Assembly: GCA_016193045.1 (NCBI GenBank) | Contig: JACPSW010000059.1 | Location: 49,383-113,382 of the forward strand | DNA: 64,000 nt | Reading direction: 5' to 3' | Origin: Candidatus Rokuibacteriota bacterium | GTDB taxonomy: Bacteria > Methylomirabilota > Methylomirabilia > Rokubacteriales > CSP1-6 | Shown here: piece after piece, positions 29,526 to 38,648 of the stretch | How positions within the stretch are numbered: position 1 is the first letter of the stretch | Layout of the letters: each line of letters starts with the position of its first letter | Program-made: the position numbers and the translations under genes | Notes under the pieces: model-generated | Seen by the model: the letters and a program-made list of their open reading frames with translations, nothing else | Databases searched by the model: none | What the model was told of the DNA's origin: nothing

Positions 29526-31102
29526 GTCATAAGCCTCTTTACGTGGTCGGCTAGTCTCAGTGAAAGGGCCACGATCGTAAGCGTCGGATTCGAGGCGCCG
29601 GACGTGGGGAAGACAGAGCTCCCGGCTATGAACAGATTCGAGATATCGTGCACCCGGCAGTTCTCATCAACGACCCCCTTCTTGGGGTCGCGGTGCATGC
29701 GAGTCGTTCCTATGTGGTGAAAACCAATCAACGGCTGAGATGGGCCATTCTCTTCGTCAAGAATGATTTTGACGCGTCCCAGGCCAGCCCGGCCGAATTC
29801 TTCGGCGATAAGCTCGGTCGCCCGTCTGATGGCGTGCTTGTACGCCGCTGTCAAGCCCCAATGCAAGACTACGCGGTTCTGGCCAAGCACATCTCGCTCG
29901 GTACTGAGCGTCACGCGGCTATGTGGATCCGGGACTTGTTCAATGCCGCAAAAGAGTTCTGCCATGCGAACCGGGGTCACCCCCTTGAAGACTCTTCCAT
30001 AGCCGAGCCTCGCGACATCATCGATGTCAGCAATGACGTTGCCTAGATGTTCGGAGAGATCGTCGGGCATAGAGGGCTTGCGCACAGCGTCGAAGAGAAA
30101 CTGAAGAGAGGCTATCCCTTTGGGTTGTATCGGCGCCAGATGTACCCGAAAATTCACAAGGTTGAAGCTACGCTGCGTCTCTCGGGTAGGCACGAGGGCG
30201 CCCTTGATCGCTGTCCGTCGTCGGCTTCCTGGAGGATTCTCGTGTCTCGGGGACGTGTAGGATTCGTATAGGCGAATGGGGAGGTAGGGATTCGAGAGCA
30301 GGAGAACGGCGGATTGTTGCCACGGGTGTTCCATGAAGAATCTTCCGACCAGGTCGTACTGGTTGCCGAGCCCGGCCCTTCGGACTTGATTGGACAAGAG
30401 TAACAAGCGGGCGTTCTCGATGACGCCCGTTGCGAGGATGAAGATCTTCGCTGCGACCCAATATCTATTGCCTTGCAGGCTGGCCACGCGGACCCGTGTG
30501 ACGGTTCTGCCGTTGGGGGGCGTCTCGATGTTGATCACGTTGGCGTAGAGGTTGAGGGTGATATTGCCCGCTCGCACGATTTCATCGCGGTAAACCTTGC
30601 CAAACCGGGTGGGCGGACTCAGCTGAATGATCTTGGTGATCACGCGGTCGCCATTGAAGTGGAAGCGGGGGGCACTTGGAGTCTCCCAAGCGTCCGCGTC
30701 ATAGAGAAAGGGCCCCAACTCGCAGATTGATTGAGCGCGCTCGTAAAACGGATCGAGATGATTCTTATTGAAAGGCCAACCGCTGTACGGAATCCAGTCG
30801 CGTGACTCGAAGTCGATTTCGTCCAGGGGTTGGCACCAACCTGTCCAGTGGTTGGTCGTACCACCGAAGTAACGGAGGCGGGCCACGTCCAGCGGCGGAT
30901 AGGGAAATCCCGTGTTCTCGCCGGCGTAAAGTGACTGCGTACCCTTCTCGAACTCGAGGCCTCCACTCTCGAGGAGGCAGACCCGGAACGGCTGGCCGAC
31001 GAACTGACGCGCCAGGGTAATTCCGGCCGCTCCGGCTCCGATGATGCAGACGTCGGTCTGGATGGTTTGGTCGCCTGGCACCGCGTGGGCATCAATGACC
31101 AA
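29522..31102 (-). CDS. GMC-family FAD-dependent oxidoreductase.
   Basis: N-terminal DVCIIGAGAAGITLA FAD-binding motif. The GMC family typically carries a C-terminal His/Asn active-site region (not checked here). Confidence 0.85.
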   Translation of the reverse strand: MVIDAHAVPGDQTIQTDVCIIGAGAAGITLARQFVGQPFRVCLLESGGLEFEKGTQSLYAGENTGFPYPPLDVARLRYFGGTTNHWTGWCQPLDEIDFESRDWIPYSGWPFNKNHLDPFYERAQSICELGPFLYDADAWETPSAPRFHFNGDRVITKIIQLSPPTRFGKVYRDEIVRAGNITLNLYANVINIETPPNGRTVTRVRVASLQGNRYWVAAKIFILATGVIENARLLLLSNQVRRAGLGNQYDLVGRFFMEHPWQQSAVLLLSNPYLPIRLYESYTSPRHENPPGSRRRTAIKGALVPTRETQRSFNLVNFRVHLAPIQPKGIASLQFLFDAVRKPSMPDDLSEHLGNVIADIDDVARLGYGRVFKGVTPVRMAELFCGIEQVPDPHSRVTLSTERDVLGQNRVVLHWGLTAAYKHAIRRATELIAEEFGRAGLGRVKIILDEENGPSQPLIGFHHIGTTRMHRDPKKGVVDENCRVHDISNLFIAGSSVFPTSGASNPTLTIVALSLRLADHVKRLMT

Positions 31103-31141
31103 GAGAGGTCCTCCTCAAGGCGTGGCGGCCCCGCACCGGCC

Positions 31142-32062
31142 TCATCGCCGAGCCCCCGAATCGGCGGAGGCGGCGTGGCGCACGTCCGGGCGGTCGCGGA
31201 CGGCCAGCATGGCTGCGACGAGCCGAATGAGATCGCGGTGATGCAGGAGGGGATCGTGGCCCACCCGGGCCCGAAACAGGAAGTTCCCCGGGCTGGTCTC
31301 CTCGGCGGGCACGCCGGCCGGAATGTCCAGGGGAATACCCCCCGCGCCGTCCAGCACCGCGCTCCGCTCCGGCGCGATCCACCGGTCGGGCTCGATCCGG
31401 ACGGTCAGGTAGAGGATGCTGCGGCGGCTGTCGGGCGGGACGCGCGGGCCCCCGGGTCGGTCGCTCCCGAGGCCGTGCGGTGTCTCGTCGACCCACGCCC
31501 CGTCGGCGCCGTTGAGGGCCACCTGCAGGGGGTGCGTCTGGGCGCTGGTCGCGAAGGCCGGGCACATCTCTCGCGCAGCCTCATGGGTGAAGCGGCAGAG
31601 CGCGTTGGTGCCGTGGTTGGCTCCGACAAGGCTGACCCACGTGCGCACGACCTCGGGATGAAGCTTGGCGGCGTACCACCGGCTGCTCACCGCCCCCATG
31701 CTGTGCGACACGATGTCGAGCCGTTGGGGCATTTCGCCCCGGTATCCGCCACCCTGGGCGGCGGCGTTCGCCCTGACGAGGAGCGCTGCCGCCGCCGGCG
31801 CGATCACCGAGGTCGCCGCCGGGATGTTGGCCATGGTGTTCGGGACAATGTCCACGGCGTGCAGGTATTCGCTCGGGTACCCGATGCCGACCAGATACCT
31901 GATGAGAGGTCGCCAGTCGGCCGAGGACAGCCCGTGACCGTGGACGAAAAGCACCGGCGTCCGCGCATAGTCGGCGGTCTCCGAGCGAACTGCCGAGCAT
32001 CCCGACGCGAGCCCGAGCAGCAGCGACATCGCCCACAGTCGCAAGGGCCGGCAGCGTTGCAT
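31142..32062 (-). CDS. Lipoprotein lipase/esterase of the alpha/beta-hydrolase fold (triacylglycerol-lipase-like).
   Basis: Start at MQRCRPLRLWAMSLLLGLASGC (lipobox L-A-S-G-C). Motifs include PVLFVHGHG, the nucleophile elbow HSMG, and VGANHGT. The start codon overlaps the upstream acyltransferase stop. Confidence 0.7.
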   Translation of the reverse strand: MQRCRPLRLWAMSLLLGLASGCSAVRSETADYARTPVLFVHGHGLSSADWRPLIRYLVGIGYPSEYLHAVDIVPNTMANIPAATSVIAPAAAALLVRANAAAQGGGYRGEMPQRLDIVSHSMGAVSSRWYAAKLHPEVVRTWVSLVGANHGTNALCRFTHEAAREMCPAFATSAQTHPLQVALNGADGAWVDETPHGLGSDRPGGPRVPPDSRRSILYLTVRIEPDRWIAPERSAVLDGAGGIPLDIPAGVPAEETSPGNFLFRARVGHDPLLHHRDLIRLVAAMLAVRDRPDVRHAASADSGARR

Positions 32063-32763
32063 CACATGGCACTCACGTGAAACGCATCGACGTTGCCCGT
32101 CGCCCCAGGCGCGCCGCGCCGGCGCAATGGTCGTGCCGGGTTGCCGACCACGATCGTGAACTCGGGCACCGGCTTGTTGACGACGGCACCCGCGCCGACG
32201 AGAGCGCCGCGACCCACGTCCTCCATCACCACGCAGTGGGCGCCGATCCAGCAGTCGTCGCCGATCGCGATGCGCTTCTTGCGGCCTCGCTGCAGGGCCA
32301 TCGGGATGTCGGTCCGGTCGATGTTGTGTTGCCGCGACCCGCTCAACAGCACCGAGTGCTCGCCCACGAGCGCGTAGTTGCCGAAGTCGCAGTGATGGAT
32401 GACGCAATACCGGTTGATGGTCACGTTGTCCCCGATGGAGACGTCGTGGTAGATGAAGACGGCACCGAGCTCGATGAGGACGTTCCGGCCACAGCGCGTG
32501 AGCGCGAAGCGATAGAACTCGGCGCGTACCACGACGCCGAAGACGTAGGGGATCAGGCTGAGAAGCTCGGAGACGGTGCGGAAGACGATGTCCGGGGGGA
32601 AGACCAGGTCCGCGGCCCGGCAGAGCATGGCGAGCGGCCACACGAAGGGCCAGGTCAAGGCCCCCACGACCGCGCGGGCGATGGTGAGCCACCGAGGTGG
32701 TCGAAACTGCAAGTAGTCGACGTCCGTGTATCGTCCGTGCTCGATTCGCGCCTCTCTTTGCAT
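32062..32763 (-). CDS. Hexapeptide-repeat (left-handed beta-helix) acyltransferase, of the WcaF / colanic-acid acetyltransferase type.
   Basis: The N-terminus is hydrophobic. Tandem [LIV]GxxxxI hexapeptide repeats are present (IGDNVTINRYCVI, IGDDCWIGAHCVV, VGAGAVVNKPV). Confidence 0.75.
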   Translation of the reverse strand: MQREARIEHGRYTDVDYLQFRPPRWLTIARAVVGALTWPFVWPLAMLCRAADLVFPPDIVFRTVSELLSLIPYVFGVVVRAEFYRFALTRCGRNVLIELGAVFIYHDVSIGDNVTINRYCVIHHCDFGNYALVGEHSVLLSGSRQHNIDRTDIPMALQRGRKKRIAIGDDCWIGAHCVVMEDVGRGALVGAGAVVNKPVPEFTIVVGNPARPLRRRGAPGATGNVDAFHVSAM

Positions 32764-32773
32764 GGCTATCCCC

Positions 32774-33526
32774 TCAACTCATCGTGCCGCCGCGTCCCGG
32801 GAACGTCCGCGCGCGCTCGACATCGAGCGCGATGGGGGCGGCCAGGTCGAACCACACCTGGACCATCGGTTCACCGGCGCGCTCGTACGGCTCGAAGCGT
32901 CCACCCAGCTGGTGGTAGAAGAGAAGCGCCGGCTTGTTCGGGGCGTCGACGACCGCCCGCATCCGGTCGACGCCCACGCGCTGGAGATAGGCCACGACGT
33001 GCGCAATGAGCGCTTCCCCGATCCGGAGAGCGGTCCGGCGCACGAAGTGCGGGGTCCGGTACTCGGGCAGCACCCCGATCGCGAGGACCTCTCCCAGCGG
33101 CTCCTGGCCAAGGTGGAGCTCGGCGCGCCGCGAGAACATGAGCCACACGGCCCTGAGCAGGCGCGGGACCAGGCGGGGAGCGCGGAGGACGGACAGCGCG
33201 ATCAGCCACGCCGCGTAGGCCCAGTGGCGCCGGATGGCCTGGCGGTGGAAGGTGATCGAGCGGTCCGTGTAGGCGACGAATCCGGCCGGCCGACCGTCCA
33301 CCTCGAAGAGCGCGGCCCGCATGAGACCGTCGCGCAGGAGGACGGTGTAGCAGAACCGTCGCAGAAAGAGTTCGCCGAGACGCGCCATCGGGCCCCACTC
33401 GAGGAGTACCTGGTGCAGGCGGGTGATGGTGGCCACATCCTCCCGCCGGGTGGGGTCGATCTCACGAAGCCGGTGCCCGACGGGAGGCTCCGCTCGCCGG
33501 TCCCGCGCGCCGACGCTCTGGATCAC
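32774..33526 (-). CDS. GNAT-family N-acyltransferase.
   Basis: Motif A-like LAIGVLPEYRTPHFVRRTAL and motif B-like AVVDAPNKPALLFYHQLGG are present. Sequence divergence is considerable. Confidence 0.5.
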   Translation of the reverse strand: MIQSVGARDRRAEPPVGHRLREIDPTRREDVATITRLHQVLLEWGPMARLGELFLRRFCYTVLLRDGLMRAALFEVDGRPAGFVAYTDRSITFHRQAIRRHWAYAAWLIALSVLRAPRLVPRLLRAVWLMFSRRAELHLGQEPLGEVLAIGVLPEYRTPHFVRRTALRIGEALIAHVVAYLQRVGVDRMRAVVDAPNKPALLFYHQLGGRFEPYERAGEPMVQVWFDLAAPIALDVERARTFPGRGGTMS

Positions 33527-34863
33527 GAGGCTCTCCTCATCTTCTTGAACCGCTCACCGTGCATCTTTTCGTCAACGATCAGCACCTTCTGGGGGATCTT
33601 GAATCCCGACAGCCTGTCCCGGCAAAAGATCCGCATCCGCCTCCTGAACTCGGGGAGCGTCTCCCCGGTGCTGAGGCTGACCTTGACCGCCACGATCTGT
33701 CCGGTGATGGGATTCGCTTCGGCACTAACGGTGACGTCCTTCACGCCCTCCATGCACAGGAGAACGCTCTCCACCTCCGCCGGGTAGACCTTTTCCCCGC
33801 CGACATTGATGATCTCGGATGGACGTCCGAGAATGCGGAGGTACTCCCCGTCCACTTCCACGGCGTCGCCCGTCGGGAACCAGCCATCGGGCGTGAACGG
33901 GCTCGGGGCGTTCAAATACCCCAGCATGGCCGACTGGGCCCGGATCTGGAGCATCCCATCGACGACACGCGTCTCGAATCCTTCCCCGCCCACCTTGACC
34001 CAGAGCGAGTCGGAGGATCTGGACTGCGAGCGCAGGATGCCGACTTCCGAGAGGCCGTAGGTCTGCAGCAAACGGATGCCAGGAAACAGCTGGCGGAACC
34101 GGGTCAGGGTGCTCTCCGGCATCACCTCGGTCCCGTACGTCACCAGCTCCAGGCTGGAGAGGTCGTGGTCCTTGTAGGCCTCGCTCGCCAGCAGGAGGTT
34201 GATGAACGTCGGGGAGGTAGGGAGCAGCTGGACCCGGTATTTCTCGATGGCTGCGCAGACCACCTCGGGCGAGCGGTCCTGGACCGTCACGATGCAGCCG
34301 GCGTTGGACAGGACGTACAGCAGCGTGTTCACGCCGCCGATGTGGTCGAAGAGCAGAAACGTCAGGGTGCGGAGCGCGTGCCGTGGGACCTTGAACTTCT
34401 CGAGAAGCGGGACGAAATCGTGGACCGCGGCCTTGCTCTTTCCGGTGGACCCGGACGAGAAGAGGACGAGCCCGGGATGCTGCGCGCTCCGCAACCTCGT
34501 GAACAGCTCGTGGCTCGGTCGGGCAGCCGTGTGCGCCGGGCGGGCCTGATCGTCGGCGCTCACGGAAACGATCGCCTCCACCTGGGCGATGGCCCGGAAC
34601 TCCGGCTTCTTCATCTCGACCGAGGAGGTCAGCGGGACGACGATGCATCCCCGCTCGACCAGGGCGAGGAGGAGCGCGATCGCGTTGGGCGAGAAGTCGC
34701 CTTCCAGGCTGACGACCGTGCCCGGAGCGGCGTCGGCGAGGGACCGGCCCCAGCGATCGACGGCGTCCGCCAGCCAGCCGTACGAGACGACCTGCTCGCG
34801 CCAGACGACCGCGTCCTTCGTGTGATTCGCGCGAAACCCGTCGAGCAAGAAGTCGATATGCAT
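33523..34863 (-). CDS. AMP-dependent synthetase/ligase (ANL superfamily), likely a fatty-acyl-AMP / acyl-ACP ligase.
   Basis: The AMP-binding motif LFSSGSTGKSKAAV, the YGLSE motif and the TGD hinge are present. A short C-terminal domain (446 aa total) and proximity to an ACP gene favour an acyl-AMP ligase role. Confidence 0.8.
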   Translation of the reverse strand: MHIDFLLDGFRANHTKDAVVWREQVVSYGWLADAVDRWGRSLADAAPGTVVSLEGDFSPNAIALLLALVERGCIVVPLTSSVEMKKPEFRAIAQVEAIVSVSADDQARPAHTAARPSHELFTRLRSAQHPGLVLFSSGSTGKSKAAVHDFVPLLEKFKVPRHALRTLTFLLFDHIGGVNTLLYVLSNAGCIVTVQDRSPEVVCAAIEKYRVQLLPTSPTFINLLLASEAYKDHDLSSLELVTYGTEVMPESTLTRFRQLFPGIRLLQTYGLSEVGILRSQSRSSDSLWVKVGGEGFETRVVDGMLQIRAQSAMLGYLNAPSPFTPDGWFPTGDAVEVDGEYLRILGRPSEIINVGGEKVYPAEVESVLLCMEGVKDVTVSAEANPITGQIVAVKVSLSTGETLPEFRRRMRIFCRDRLSGFKIPQKVLIVDEKMHGERFKKMRRAS

Positions 34864-36605
34864 CAGCCACCGCGCCGGGCATGAACGAGTTCGCCCGGCG
34901 ATCCCGCGACCGCGGCCCCGTCAACCCGATACAGTCGGACGTCGGGCGCAGCCAGGACCGCCACCAGCCATGGGGGGACGTCCCCGCGCTCGAGCTGCTG
35001 GAAGAACGGCCGGTTGCCATCCGAGGGATGGGTCGGGTCGAACAGGCCAGGGAAGAAGATGACGTAGGCCACCCCGTACGAGGCGACGAGCCGCCTGACC
35101 TGGTCGTCCGTCCACACCCGCCGGGTATACGCCGCTTGCGTGAGGCCCAGCACGGGCCGATCCAGCACGGCTCCCAGCATCTGGGCTTCGTTGCCGAGGA
35201 GCGGGCTGGCCGTCGTGACCCGTTGGCGCAGGAACAGGACCAGGGGCTCGCCAGCGAGAGGGCCCTCCAGGGCGTCCCGTATCGTGCGGTAGGGATTGGC
35301 CTGGGTGAGCGGGCGCCAGTGGTGGTGGAACACGTTGACCTGCCCTGCCAGGAGAGTGACCACGGCGGCCCCCACCCACAGCCGGGCCGCCCACGCATGC
35401 CGCGAGCGGCTCGGCGTGAAGCGGATCACCCTCACCCCATCCGCGAGGCAGAGGAGTCCGAACGGGATCAGGGCCAGGAGGTAACGCGGGCTGATGTGTC
35501 CGGAGGCGTAATTCCGGGCCCCCTGGACCATGAGAATGATGCTGACGGCCATGTACGCCAGCGAGAGGGAGACATGAGTCTCCGCAAGGGCGGCCCGCAG
35601 GGCGGACCTGTCGATCTTGAGGCGACCGATCCAGCACACCCCACCAACAAGACCGGCCGCCGCGACGATGACGAACGCGACCTCCGGCGCGCTCCCGCCC
35701 AGAAGTCCGGACTTCGTGAATCCGAAGATCCCTCCTAACGCCCACCCGACAGTCCGGTGTAACTCCATCAGCGGGTCCCCGGGGAGCATGGTGCCCGTCA
35801 GTTTTCCCGTCAGCACGAGATTGCGAAGGAACAGGGCCACCACGAACACGGACGCCGGGCCAGTGGCGAGAATCAGGGCGCGGGCGGACTGCCAGTCTCG
35901 CTGGCGGATGACCCGCACCAGGAAAAAGAGCCCCAGGCTGATGACATAGTAGACCCCCTGGTAGCGGACGGTGAAGGCCAGCCCGGCCACTGTCCCCGCC
36001 GCTGCCAGCCAGAGGTCGCGCCGCCCGGGATCCCGTTCCCCCTGCATGGCGCACCTCAGGCTGACCAGCGTCAGCAGAGTGAAGGGCATCTCGCTCATAC
36101 AGCCGAGCACGTTGAACCAGGCGAACGGAGAACCGAGCCAGACCGCGCTGACTGCGAACGAGCGCAGGGGCGTATGGCCTGCGGTCCTGAGGATGTCGTA
36201 GATGACCAGCGCGACGGCCCCGAACGAGAGCAGCGAGACCAGGAAGGCGGCATAGGGCGGATCGAGACCCAGCCGGCTGCCCAGCGCGATGAGCAGCGGA
36301 TAGCCCGGCGGGAAGACCGTCTGCGGGGCGGGCACCCCGCCCAGGCGGTATTGCTCTTCGTGCCAGACGATACTGGTGGCGAAGCCGTGGCCGCTAGCCA
36401 GGTTCTTGGCGGCGTTCACGAAAAACGCGCCGTCGATGCCGATGAACGAGCGATCGTAGAGCGCGGTGAGGCCGCCCAGCGACGCGCCGAGCAGGAGCGC
36501 CCACAGCGCGAGCGCCAGCCCGGCCGAGCCTGCGGCCGCTCTCCCGGCCGCGCGCCCTTCCCCGGCCTCACTCGCGATACCGTCCAGCCGGACGTCGGGC
36601 CACAT
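34863..36605 (-). CDS. GT-C fold membrane glycosyltransferase of the ArnT/PMT family (GT39/GT83-like), dependent on a polyprenyl-phosphate sugar donor.
   Basis: Start at MWPDVRLDG (36605), giving 580 aa. The shadow N-terminal extension of the ORF listed at 34863..37208 is excluded. It has about 13 transmembrane helices, a PMT_2-like loop and a C-terminal soluble domain. Confidence 0.7.
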   Translation of the reverse strand: MWPDVRLDGIASEAGEGRAAGRAAAGSAGLALALWALLLGASLGGLTALYDRSFIGIDGAFFVNAAKNLASGHGFATSIVWHEEQYRLGGVPAPQTVFPPGYPLLIALGSRLGLDPPYAAFLVSLLSFGAVALVIYDILRTAGHTPLRSFAVSAVWLGSPFAWFNVLGCMSEMPFTLLTLVSLRCAMQGERDPGRRDLWLAAAGTVAGLAFTVRYQGVYYVISLGLFFLVRVIRQRDWQSARALILATGPASVFVVALFLRNLVLTGKLTGTMLPGDPLMELHRTVGWALGGIFGFTKSGLLGGSAPEVAFVIVAAAGLVGGVCWIGRLKIDRSALRAALAETHVSLSLAYMAVSIILMVQGARNYASGHISPRYLLALIPFGLLCLADGVRVIRFTPSRSRHAWAARLWVGAAVVTLLAGQVNVFHHHWRPLTQANPYRTIRDALEGPLAGEPLVLFLRQRVTTASPLLGNEAQMLGAVLDRPVLGLTQAAYTRRVWTDDQVRRLVASYGVAYVIFFPGLFDPTHPSDGNRPFFQQLERGDVPPWLVAVLAAPDVRLYRVDGAAVAGSPGELVHARRGG

Positions 36606-37303
36606 CACACGCCCCCGAGAAACAGGCACTGCCCGGTGATAAAGCCGCTTGTTCTCAGCAGATAGAAGTCGATCACGTTGGCGACGTCGGCCGCGGTTCC
36701 CAGCCGGGGGATGGCCTGTCTCGACACCAGGCGGTCGATCTTTTCCTTGGGCACCGAGCGGATCAGGTCCGTCTCGATGGCCACCGGCCCCACGGCGTTC
36801 ACGGTGATGCCGAAGGGGGCTAGTTCCCTGGCCAGGACTCCGGTCAGCGAGAGGACTGCTGCTTTGGAGGCGACGTAGATCGCCTCCCCCTCCAGCTTCA
36901 GCGGCACCGCCACCGTGGTGAGATTGACGATACGGCCATACGCGTTCGTCTTCATGAGCTTCGCCGCCTCGCGGCAGAAGAGAAATGTTCCAACGACGTT
37001 GGTGTTGAGGACGGCGTTCACCGTGGAGAGAGGGGTGAGCAGCGAGTGGTTCATCGAGCCGATGCCCGCGTTGTTGATGAGGTGGTCCAGCCGTCCGTAT
37101 TTCTTCCGCACATCCGTGAAGATCCGCCTCGCCGCCTGTTCGTCGGAGACGTCCGCGACGTAGTGCTGGTAGCCGTCGAGACTCCAATCGACGTCGCCCC
37201 GACTGCATCCGACCACGCGGTGGCCGCAGCGGACGTAGTGTTCGGCGAGATACCTGCCGATTCCCTTTCGCGTGCCGGTGATCAGGGTGATGGGGGTGTC
37301 CAT
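36605..37303 (-). CDS. Short-chain dehydrogenase/reductase of the 3-oxoacyl-ACP reductase (FabG)-like type.
   Basis: Start at MDTPITLITGTRKGIGRYLA (Rossmann TGxxxGIG). Motifs include NNAG and a YVASKAAV catalytic YxxxK. 232 aa. Confidence 0.85.
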   Translation of the reverse strand: MDTPITLITGTRKGIGRYLAEHYVRCGHRVVGCSRGDVDWSLDGYQHYVADVSDEQAARRIFTDVRKKYGRLDHLINNAGIGSMNHSLLTPLSTVNAVLNTNVVGTFLFCREAAKLMKTNAYGRIVNLTTVAVPLKLEGEAIYVASKAAVLSLTGVLARELAPFGITVNAVGPVAIETDLIRSVPKEKIDRLVSRQAIPRLGTAADVANVIDFYLLRTSGFITGQCLFLGGV

Positions 37304-37304
37304 C

Positions 37305-37601
37305 TCAGGCGGCGGCCCGGATGAGGCTGCCCGCGTAATCGGCCAGTGCGCCGACGGTGCGGTAGGGGCTCGCTCGCTGCGACAAGGCTCGCTCGTCGGC
37401 GAGACTGACGCTGACGCCCAACTCGTCTTCGATCGCCTGTTCCACGGCGACGACCAGCGTGACCAGCCCCAGCGAATCCAGCAAGCCGTCGCGGCCGAAG
37501 AGGGGCGTGTCGCCATCGAGGGCCGTGGGAAGCGGCACGCCGTTGTGCTCACCGAGCTCCTGAACAGCGTTGAGGATCAGGGATACGAGTTCTGGTTTCA
37601 T
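37305..37601 (-). CDS. Acyl carrier protein.
   Basis: 98 aa, acidic. The phosphopantetheine attachment motif GLDSLGLV is present with the conserved Ser. Confidence 0.8.
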   Translation of the reverse strand: MKPELVSLILNAVQELGEHNGVPLPTALDGDTPLFGRDGLLDSLGLVTLVVAVEQAIEDELGVSVSLADERALSQRASPYRTVGALADYAGSLIRAAA

Positions 37602-37613
37602 CAGGTGACCTCG

Positions 37614-38648
37614 TCAGGTGGAGGTGGCGCCGGGGAAGGCCCGCGACGTCGCGGCGGCCACGGGGAAGCGGGGTTCACGCACCGGGAGCTGCGACGCGCG
37701 GGCGGCGGCTTCGGCGTGCTGCTCGAGGGTGAGCACCGCGAATCGGGCGGTCAGGAGATCGACCGCCTCGCCAACCAGCTCGAGCTTCCTTCCAAGGGGG
37801 AGGTTCATGGCTGGGAAGAAGGCAAGATCGCGTGTATCGTCGCAGCCGAGAAAATCCAGCGGATGCAGAAGCAGCGACGGGTGGGTCGCAGTCCACCGGC
37901 AGAGGCTGAGAGCGGCGCGGAAGTAGAGCAGAGCCAGGGCCGGCGCCAGCGCGCTCAGGTAGAGGAGGTAGCTGACGTGGATCGGGACCCTGAATACGGG
38001 CATGGTCGTCACCGGGATCTCGATGATCTCGCCGGCGTCCGTCCGCAATCGGTACGGCCGGATCGGCCGCAACCCGTCCCGAAAGCTGCCGAAGAGCGCC
38101 CGGCGTTGCCGGATCTCCTCCCGGCTCATCCCGCTCGTCCTCAAGTAATAGGCCCGGGCCAGCGGCCCCAGAAAGGTGGGCAGGGTCGAGGCGTCATAGA
38201 GGTAGCCTCGCCGCACAAGCACCTGCACCACCGTCCGAGAGAGACTGAATCCCGGGCCGCGGAAGCCGCAGGGGATCCGTCCGGTGGCACGCTCGATGTG
38301 CTCTTCCGCCCGCTCGAGCTCGACCCCGATCTGCTGCTCGGAATACAGGTGCAGCCAGGGCTCGTGGTGGAAAGAGTGGTTGCCGATCTCGTGCCCAGCC
38401 GCCGCGATCGCGGACAGCAGCGGCCGATTCTCTGCCACCGCTGCATCCTGGCCGACGATGAACACGGTGATGGCGAGGTTTCGTGCGCCGAGAAAGTCGA
38501 GGACCCGAGGCACGACGAGGTCCAGGTAGGACGGAAACCGCTCCCACCCTGGCTCCCCGCGGGTCTTCATGTACGACCACTTGTTGTCAAGGTCGAGTGA
38601 CAAGCTCGCGATGGGCTTCCTGGTCGTCATGGTCGTCCTTGTCATCAA
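37614..38648 (-). CDS. Polysaccharide deacetylase (NodB homology domain, carbohydrate esterase family 4).
   Basis: The LSLDLDNKW (TFDD-like) motif and the HEIGNHSFHH His-His metal motif are present. 344 aa. Confidence 0.8.
   Translation of the reverse strand: MMTRTTMTTRKPIASLSLDLDNKWSYMKTRGEPGWERFPSYLDLVVPRVLDFLGARNLAITVFIVGQDAAVAENRPLLSAIAAAGHEIGNHSFHHEPWLHLYSEQQIGVELERAEEHIERATGRIPCGFRGPGFSLSRTVVQVLVRRGYLYDASTLPTFLGPLARAYYLRTSGMSREEIRQRRALFGSFRDGLRPIRPYRLRTDAGEIIEIPVTTMPVFRVPIHVSYLLYLSALAPALALLYFRAALSLCRWTATHPSLLLHPLDFLGCDDTRDLAFFPAMNLPLGRKLELVGEAVDLLTARFAVLTLEQHAEAAARASQLPVREPRFPVAAATSRAFPGATST

Noticed and set aside
34863-37208. The 781-aa ORF call for the GT-C glycosyltransferase, and likewise the extended N-termini of the ORFs at 4249..5049, 31142..32692, 38645..40000, 44020..45255 and 47669..50041.
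   Set aside because: The first ~100-200 residues in each are Arg/Gly-rich shadow sequence overlapping the upstream gene. Internal Met or GTG starts that coincide with the stop of the preceding gene give coherent proteins, so the shorter coordinates were used.
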